From Gemmatimonadales bacterium (GTDB lineage: Bacteria > Gemmatimonadota > Gemmatimonadetes > Gemmatimonadales > GWC2-71-9): a DNA stretch of 52,078 nucleotides. A model generated the notes under the pieces. That model had not been told where the DNA came from. It saw only the letters and a program-made list of their open reading frames with translations, and ran no database searches. Positions 45,908-52,078 of the stretch are shown here, piece by piece. The position numbers were made by a program, and so were the translations under genes. The stretch is from positions 1-52,078 of the forward strand of contig JBFJHJ010000021.1 in the NCBI GenBank assembly GCA_041613315.1. Direction: 5' to 3'. Each line of letters begins with the position of its first letter. Position 1 is the stretch's first letter.

Positions 45908-48583
45908 TTAGAACATGAAGCCGGAGCGGACGAACACACCGAGCCGCTCGGCGCTCCTGGCCACCGCGAGGGTCAGTGTGTTTGCGCGGTGGATCGGCGC
46001 GAACCAGAGCCCGCCGCCGACCGCGCCGTGCCACTCTCCGGGGGACGCGCCCGCCACGTAGACGCGCCCGACGTCCCCGAGCGCGAAGACCCCGAACTCG
46101 CCGTTCACGATCCAGCGCACTGGGGAAACGAACACGCGCAACTCTGCGTTGCCGTAGAGCGCGGCGTCACCGGCGAAGCGGTACTCGCGGAAGCCACGGA
46201 CCGTGGCGCCCCCGCCCAGAAACGCCGCGGCGAAGAACGGGAAGTTCCCCAGCGCCTTCTCAGCACCCACACGAACGGCCAGGGTGGGACGCGCCGGTAC
46301 GCCCGACGCCGTCACGTACGCCGCGATGTCTCCCCCCACGCTCCCGAACGCGGCGTCCGCGCTCAGGATCGGCGGCGCGTAGCGCCCGTACGCCCGCAGC
46401 ACCGCACCACGGCGCGCTGCCACCGAGTCGTCGCGGGCGTCGAGAGTGAGTCCCGCCTCCACGCCCAGATAGCCGAAGGTCCCAATCCCGCGCGGCCCGA
46501 GGTTCCCCAACAGCGTGCCCGGATCGTCCGCCGTATGTCGGAGCGTCCCGAGGACCGCCAGGGTCGCCTGCACGCCGGAGGCCACGCGAACCCCCAACGT
46601 CGGCCGCAGCTCGTACACCTGTTGCCGCACATTGAAGACGTCGTCCGGCTGGTCGGCGGGGGCCGCGTTGCCGAATCCGTAGAACCGGGTGAGGCCGATG
46701 CCCGACACGCGCAGCCTGAGCGCGCCACTCACCCGCGGAGCCAGCACCGGGAACTCGAGGTCCACGCGTGCCCGCGGCCGGTGGCGTGCCGTCGCGTACG
46801 CGAGCCGCGCGTCGAGCCGGTAGACATACGGCTCCCGACGAAACCCGTATTGGTAGACGATGACGCCGCCGCCCACGGTGAGCCCGAGGTCCGGATCGAA
46901 TCCCAACCACGTTGCCGGCAGGCGGAAGCTCCCCCAATTGTCGGCAGGGCGTGCGAACGCGTTGGGGGGCGGGGGTGGGGCGAAGCGCTCCTCCATGGGC
47001 AATGAGTCGAGTCGGTCGCGAGCGACTCGCGTCGACGGGCCCACCACGAAGCGGTTCTCCCCACGTCCGTCATAGAAGTGGGTCCGAGCGTTGCCACGCA
47101 CCCTCGAAGAGTCCACCAGCTCGTCGTCCCCACCGCCGCCCATCACCCGCACCGTTATACTCCGCCCCACGTCGCCCTGGACGACCACGCGATCATCACC
47201 ACCCTGGAGATAGAGGCGGATCTCCCGCGTCTCGGAGGACAGAAAGCGTCGGCGGAGGTACGGCGGTCGCGCGTCCCCACGCTGCCGGCGCACGGCGAAC
47301 CTCACCTCCACCGACCCGTCGTCTCGCCGCTCCACCTCGGCGACTTCGTCGCGGCCGGTGCCGTGGAGGTCCACGTACTGGGCGAGGATCGCATAGTATC
47401 GGGCGGCCTGGGCCGGCAACTCGCCGCGGCGCCGGCGCAGCGCGCGTTCGAGTTCGGCGCCGTTCCGGGCGTACACCGCGGGTGGCAGCTCGCGAACCGC
47501 CGCCGCGATGACCGAGTCGGTGAGGCGCGCCGCGACGGCTGCGGCCACCGAATCCCACACCGAGCGCTCCACTGCACCGAGGATGCGGCGGTCGAGCTGG
47601 TAGCCGTTGTACATGGCCCCGAACACGTTGCCGTAGGACGGGCCGTAGCTCACGAACTGCGGCCGGTACACACGGATCACGGTCATGATGAGCCCGTCGA
47701 GCGCCACGAACGCCTGATCGCGGTCCCGGGGGATGGGGAGCCAACGGCGGCGCCCCCGGTCCTCCACCCGTGCCCAGCGCCACTGGTCGGTGTGCCGATC
47801 TCGGTCGCCCAGGTACAGGTCCATGAGGCGCGCGGCGAGATAGCTCGTCGCGTCCACGCGGTCGTCCGGGTCTTCCTCCAGCCGCTCGAAGAGGCCGGCC
47901 GTGCTCACGATGCGTGTGAAGCCGCGCCAGCCCGGCGACCCGCCGGGACCCTCATCAGGACGTTCCTCGAACGTGCCGAGCCTCCCGGCGAACTCCTCGC
48001 GATACTCGCCCAACCGCGGATCGTCCGGCATCACCGCGAGGCGCGGGTCGACGTGCAACACGCCGGCGGCCTCGAGCAGGGGTGCCACCACGAGCGCCGC
48101 GTAGGGATGCTGGGCGCTGATCATGTCCTGCACCACGGTCTCCACGAGCGTCCCGCGGAGATCGGCCGGCAGCCCCTGGCTGGGATCTTTGTCCACCGAG
48201 CGGAAGAGGTAACGGCGTCCGTCGCCGCCGCGGAAATGGAGTGAGCGGGTCTGGCCGAACCCGCCCCGTCGGAGGACCGTGAGGCCCACGGCCGTAGACG
48301 CCAGATCGAGCACGGCCACCTCGATCGGCATCGCCCAGAGATCGCGATACTTGCTGCCGAAGACGGTGCGGTGCAATCCGCCGGCGCGGTAGTGGGCGCC
48401 CGGGGCCACCGTCACCGTGCGGGCGCTCAGCGAATCGACCGGACCTTGCGCGGCGAGGCCGACGGGGACGACCGCCCCGCCCACGACCGTCAGTGCGAGG
48501 ACCGCCAGCCTGCACGGCCAGAGCGGCGAGCCCCGCGCTCGAGGACCAGTCGGGGGCTCAGCCCCCCACGAGCCACGTCGCAT
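45908..48583 (-). CDS. Omp85 (BamA/TamA) superfamily outer-membrane protein with N-terminal atypical kinase-like domain
   Basis: Loop-6 VRGF motif and C-terminal SGFMF beta-signal. N-terminal region has GGFGQT, DRDRHTDQW and PIPRDRDQAF. Start approximate. Confidence 0.8.
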   Translation of the reverse strand: MRRGSWGAEPPTGPRARGSPLWPCRLAVLALTVVGGAVVPVGLAAQGPVDSLSARTVTVAPGAHYRAGGLHRTVFGSKYRDLWAMPIEVAVLDLASTAVGLTVLRRGGFGQTRSLHFRGGDGRRYLFRSVDKDPSQGLPADLRGTLVETVVQDMISAQHPYAALVVAPLLEAAGVLHVDPRLAVMPDDPRLGEYREEFAGRLGTFEERPDEGPGGSPGWRGFTRIVSTAGLFERLEEDPDDRVDATSYLAARLMDLYLGDRDRHTDQWRWARVEDRGRRRWLPIPRDRDQAFVALDGLIMTVIRVYRPQFVSYGPSYGNVFGAMYNGYQLDRRILGAVERSVWDSVAAAVAARLTDSVIAAAVRELPPAVYARNGAELERALRRRRGELPAQAARYYAILAQYVDLHGTGRDEVAEVERRDDGSVEVRFAVRRQRGDARPPYLRRRFLSSETREIRLYLQGGDDRVVVQGDVGRSITVRVMGGGGDDELVDSSRVRGNARTHFYDGRGENRFVVGPSTRVARDRLDSLPMEERFAPPPPPNAFARPADNWGSFRLPATWLGFDPDLGLTVGGGVIVYQYGFRREPYVYRLDARLAYATARHRPRARVDLEFPVLAPRVSGALRLRVSGIGLTRFYGFGNAAPADQPDDVFNVRQQVYELRPTLGVRVASGVQATLAVLGTLRHTADDPGTLLGNLGPRGIGTFGYLGVEAGLTLDARDDSVAARRGAVLRAYGRYAPPILSADAAFGSVGGDIAAYVTASGVPARPTLAVRVGAEKALGNFPFFAAAFLGGGATVRGFREYRFAGDAALYGNAELRVFVSPVRWIVNGEFGVFALGDVGRVYVAGASPGEWHGAVGGGLWFAPIHRANTLTLAVARSAERLGVFVRSGFMF

Positions 48584-49709
48584 ACGCCTCGGTGCCTCGA
48601 CCGTTCGCATCGACCATGACGACGGCCAAGCGGACGCGCTGATCGGACAGGATGTCGAGCCGCATGTATCCGCTGCGGGCCGCAGCGAACCGCGTGCCGC
48701 TGATCGCGAACACCGGCGAAACGTGCCCATAGATGCCCGTTCCGCTCACAAGGAGGTAGGGCGGCGTCCCCGGGTCGATGACCTGGAGGTTGTGTTCGTG
48801 ACCGGAGGCGAACACGAGCGGCGGCTCGTCGGCGAACACGCTCCGGAGCGAGTCTCGGAGCGCGCGGTAGGGCGGGGACCTGAGATCTTGCGAGGCGACG
48901 CCGGCCTGTCGGAGCAGCGGATAGAGCGACCCCACGAGCGGGAGGGGGACCCAGAGCCAGCTACGGATATTGCGCAGCGGGAACACGTGGTCCTTCCATC
49001 CGAAATGGCCGCCGTGCAGCCCACCGGATTCGACGGGATGGTGCGCCGCCACCACCACGATCCGGCCGGCCGCGTTGCGGATCGCGCCGCGCAAGGTGGC
49101 CGTGATCTCGCCCTTGGTGTCGGCGACGCACAGGGACGTCGGATGCGTCGGCTTGGGACCCGTTCCCAACCACCACTGCGTATCCAACAGCACCAGCCGC
49201 ACGACGTCGTCCACGTCGTATGTGTCGGGCCCTGGGCAGCCGTCAGACGGGCGGAGTGCGGCGCGCCCGTCGCCGACGCGCGCGATGAACCGGTCCTGTC
49301 GCCGTATCCCCTCCCACCCCTCGCGCCAGCCGTGGTTGCCGGGCACGAAGACGCCGCGGGCGCCGCTGTCGCGCAACACGGCGACCTGGGCGTCCAACCG
49401 GCGTTCGGCCTCGGGACGCCATGGATCCGTCGAATCGGGCATCCCGTCCGGGTACAGGTTGTCCCCCAGGTAGATGACCACCGTCCGATCGGGATGGAAG
49501 GCCGCGTCGGCGGTGAGCGCGGCCAGGACGGGCTCGAAACGCGGATGCGGCGCACCGGCGTCGCCGACGAGGAAGAGGGTCACACGGATCGAGTCGGCGG
49601 GAGCGGATGGGACGGGCACGGGAGAGGGAAGCTGGGCCTGGCCCGCGCACCCCCCAAGGCCCATCCAGAGGACTGCCGCCACGCGGACCGGCAGGCGGCC
49701 GACCCTCAC
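48558..49709 (-). CDS. Metallophosphoesterase (purple acid phosphatase-like) lipoprotein
   Basis: Lipobox LGGC; GDAG, GDNLY, GNHG, AAHHP and GHEH; GTGA overlap with the DUF4956 gene. Confidence 0.85.
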   Translation of the reverse strand: MRVGRLPVRVAAVLWMGLGGCAGQAQLPSPVPVPSAPADSIRVTLFLVGDAGAPHPRFEPVLAALTADAAFHPDRTVVIYLGDNLYPDGMPDSTDPWRPEAERRLDAQVAVLRDSGARGVFVPGNHGWREGWEGIRRQDRFIARVGDGRAALRPSDGCPGPDTYDVDDVVRLVLLDTQWWLGTGPKPTHPTSLCVADTKGEITATLRGAIRNAAGRIVVVAAHHPVESGGLHGGHFGWKDHVFPLRNIRSWLWVPLPLVGSLYPLLRQAGVASQDLRSPPYRALRDSLRSVFADEPPLVFASGHEHNLQVIDPGTPPYLLVSGTGIYGHVSPVFAISGTRFAAARSGYMRLDILSDQRVRLAVVMVDANGRGTEAYATWLVGG

Positions 49710-50761
49710 GTGACGAGGTCGCGCAGGCCCTGAATGGATGTCAGCTCCGCGCCGCGCACCACCGGCGAGTCCGCCAGTAGCTCCACGAGGTCCGTGACGT
49801 TGGCCTTCTTCTTGAAGCGGACGAGATACTCGAGCGCCCAGGTCCCGGAGCGGCCGGGGAACACGTCCGCCAAGCGCCACCGCTTGGCATAGTCCTCGAG
49901 CAGGTCGTCGAGCGCTTCTTCGGCCGCCTGCCGGTCGGCGGCATGGATGAGCAGCAGGTGCTTGAACCGGCGCGTGCCGGCCATCGCGTCGGCACGGACC
50001 AGATGGTGAAGTCGCGCCGCACGCTCCTCCACTCGCAACCGCTCGTCGGCCGTGAGCGGCGCCACCATCGCCGGTTCGCCGACCGTGACGGCGCGCGCGC
50101 CCCGGTCCGGCGCCAACGCTTCCGCCAGCGTCACCGGTCCCGCCGGCAGGGCGAAGGCGCGACGCTTCGCGCTCGTTTCGAATCGCCACAGCTCCGCGAT
50201 CACCAGGCAAAAGACGAGCGACAGCACGCCGGCGATGATCCAGGACTGTACCCCCGCGGCCAAGCCGATGCCGATCGCCACGAACGCGAAGACGGCGTCC
50301 TTCACGTCCTTGAGCGTGGTGCGGAACCGGACGGCCGCCACGATGCCGGCCAGCGCGAACGCGAGCGCGACGCTGCCGCGCACGATGAGCACGACGCCCG
50401 CAACGGCGATGGGCAGGACCACGATCATCTGGACGACGGACGTGTCGTAGCCTTCGTGTCCCTTCGTCGCGGTGTACGTCCACGCCACCGGCAGCGCAAA
50501 GACCAAGCTGCCGGCCATCGCGAACAGGACGAGGAGCGCGGTGTTGATGAGCGGCCCGAGCGCGGGCACCGGCATATCCGGACGCTCGACCGCTCCGCGG
50601 AACTGCTCGGCTGCAGGCAGGGCCTCGCTGAAGTCGAGGGCGAGCATGTGGCTCAGCCACGGGAAGGCCCGCGCCAAGATGACCAGCACAACGCCGACCG
50701 CGGCATAATACGCGAGGATGCCGGCTACGGGGGACGTGCGCAGTCGTGCCTGTATCGTCAT
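49706..50761 (-). CDS. DUF4956 domain membrane protein
   Basis: Multi-TM; signature ALAFALAGIVAAVRFRTTLKD.KDAVFAF.AIGIGLAAG; small soluble C-terminal domain. Confidence 0.8.
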   Translation of the reverse strand: MTIQARLRTSPVAGILAYYAAVGVVLVILARAFPWLSHMLALDFSEALPAAEQFRGAVERPDMPVPALGPLINTALLVLFAMAGSLVFALPVAWTYTATKGHEGYDTSVVQMIVVLPIAVAGVVLIVRGSVALAFALAGIVAAVRFRTTLKDVKDAVFAFVAIGIGLAAGVQSWIIAGVLSLVFCLVIAELWRFETSAKRRAFALPAGPVTLAEALAPDRGARAVTVGEPAMVAPLTADERLRVEERAARLHHLVRADAMAGTRRFKHLLLIHAADRQAAEEALDDLLEDYAKRWRLADVFPGRSGTWALEYLVRFKKKANVTDLVELLADSPVVRGAELTSIQGLRDLVT

Positions 50762-50863
50762 CACCACCCTCCGAATTCGACCACCGGCCACTAGCCGGGC
50801 TCCGGCTCCGCACCACCGGACACACGTCAGCGGCGTGGAGGCCGGTTCCCGCGGCGACGCGCG

Positions 50864-52078
50864 CTACCGGGCTGGACCGCGATAGATGATGCGGTAGATG
50901 CGTCCCCCGGAGTCATCGCTCACGTAGAGTGACCCGTCGGGCCCCTGCGCCAACCCCACCGGCCGGTGCGCCGCCTCGCGGGGCGACGTGGTCGCGCCGG
51001 CGAACCCGTCGGCGAAGACCTCCCACTCACCGGTCGGATGATCGCCCTCGAACGGGGCGAACACGATGTTGTACCCGCCCTGCGGCAAGGGGGCGCGGTT
51101 CCACGAGCCGTGGAACGCGATGAAGGCGCCGCCACGGTAGCGCGCCGGGTACTGGGCCCCCGTGTAGAACAGCAATCCATTGGGCGCCCAGTGTCCCGGG
51201 AAGCCGATCAACGGGTCCTTCTTATCGGCGCAGCGGCCGATCTGAGCGCCGTCACCGCCGTATTCGGGCGCCAGCACCTTGCGCTGTACCTCTGGGTCAT
51301 AAAAGCAGTAGGGCCAGCCGTAGTCGTCCCCCGCCTCGATCCGTAGGAACTCCTCCGCGGGCTTCTCCGCACTCGCCTCGACGGTGAACAACTCACCCCA
51401 GTTCTGGTTGAGCTGGTCGCGTCCATGCACGGCGCCGTAGAGTCGTCCGTCCTGTGGACGCACCGCGAGCGCCACCGTGTTGCGCAGGCCGGTCGCGAAG
51501 CGCCGTCCGTCCTGGTGCCGCTGGTTGCGCCGGTTGGCGGTGAACCGCCAGATGCCGGCACGGGTGTCCAGCTGAGGACACGGGTCCAACCCCGGGGAGC
51601 CCGCCGCGCGATCCTGCTGCTGACAGCTGTTGGACGGCGACCCGACGTTCACGTAGAGCGCATTGCCCCGACCGAGCGCGATGCTCTTGGCGCGATGCGA
51701 CCGATCGGCGGGGAGGTCACGAACGATCGTGTCGGGCGCACCCGCGGGCTCCAGGGCGCCCGGCCGCCACCGGTAGCGCATGACGGCGTCGTTGGTCGAG
51801 TAATACAGGAACCCTCCATCCAGTTCGACGTCGTCACCGGTACCGCTCCCAAACCGCCGCTCGAGGTCAGCCACGCCATCGCCGGTCGTGTCGCGGAGGA
51901 CCAGAATGCCGCCGTCGCCGTCACGCGTGCGGCCGAGCGCCACCAGGACGTCCCCGTTGCGCGCCACGGTGAGATGCCGCGCGGGGCCGACCCTATCCGC
52001 CACGATGACGGCGCAGAACCCCTCGGGCAGGGTGAGACCGGCGTGGTCCGGAGCGCACGCCGGGCCGCGGCGCTGGGC
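50864..52078 (-). CDS. PQQ-dependent sugar/sorbosone dehydrogenase family protein (5'-truncated by window edge)
   Basis: Frame open to the window end (LTLPEGFCA). GSPSN.C, ATGLRN, YGWPYC, HWAPNG, AFHGSWNR and RPVGLA.GPDGSLYVSDD. Confidence 0.88.
   Translation of the reverse strand, partial: AQRRGPACAPDHAGLTLPEGFCAVIVADRVGPARHLTVARNGDVLVALGRTRDGDGGILVLRDTTGDGVADLERRFGSGTGDDVELDGGFLYYSTNDAVMRYRWRPGALEPAGAPDTIVRDLPADRSHRAKSIALGRGNALYVNVGSPSNSCQQQDRAAGSPGLDPCPQLDTRAGIWRFTANRRNQRHQDGRRFATGLRNTVALAVRPQDGRLYGAVHGRDQLNQNWGELFTVEASAEKPAEEFLRIEAGDDYGWPYCFYDPEVQRKVLAPEYGGDGAQIGRCADKKDPLIGFPGHWAPNGLLFYTGAQYPARYRGGAFIAFHGSWNRAPLPQGGYNIVFAPFEGDHPTGEWEVFADGFAGATTSPREAAHRPVGLAQGPDGSLYVSDDSGGRIYRIIYRGPAR

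Noticed and set aside
49710..50825. Apparent N-terminal extension making a 755-aa phosphoesterase
   Set aside because: It is an alternate-frame read-through of the DUF4956 gene. The lipoprotein signal begins at GTG 49709.

Overview
High-GC (roughly 70% by eye) bacterial chromosomal segment with about 37 credible CDSs. I saw no tRNA, rRNA, CRISPR array, integrase or transposase. The organism is Gram-negative (Omp85 barrel, alpha-2-macroglobulin/PBP1C pair, lipoproteins, Tat substrate). The repertoire of secreted peptidases and amidohydrolases suggests Gemmatimonadota, which is inference only. In order: partial FN3-repeat protein; orphan papain/NlpC-P60-like protein; xanthine-dehydrogenase-like operon coupled to a CitE/HpcH-like lyase; EEP lipoprotein; serine hydrolase; glutamate dehydrogenase; coiled-coil plus rhomboid pair; HD-GYP; rmuC; iorAB; a ~195-nt rod-like intergenic RNA candidate; ArsR-SRPBCC-ABM operon with a perfect palindromic operator; metzincin; secreted M20/D-aminoacylase/serine-hydrolase operon divergent from A2M-pbpC; DUF5916; HAD; MscS; DUF4097; aminotransferase; DPP-IV; and a partial PQQ sugar dehydrogenase at the right edge. 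The best candidate for an undescribed system is the overlapping three-gene operon at 45908-50761: a DUF4956 membrane protein, a purple-acid-phosphatase-like lipoprotein, and an Omp85 barrel carrying a CotH/PI3K-like atypical kinase domain. Together these suggest an extracytoplasmic phosphorylation/dephosphorylation module. All calls come from motif recognition by eye; no database search was run, and many start codons were re-assigned from the ORF track using RBS and overlap evidence.
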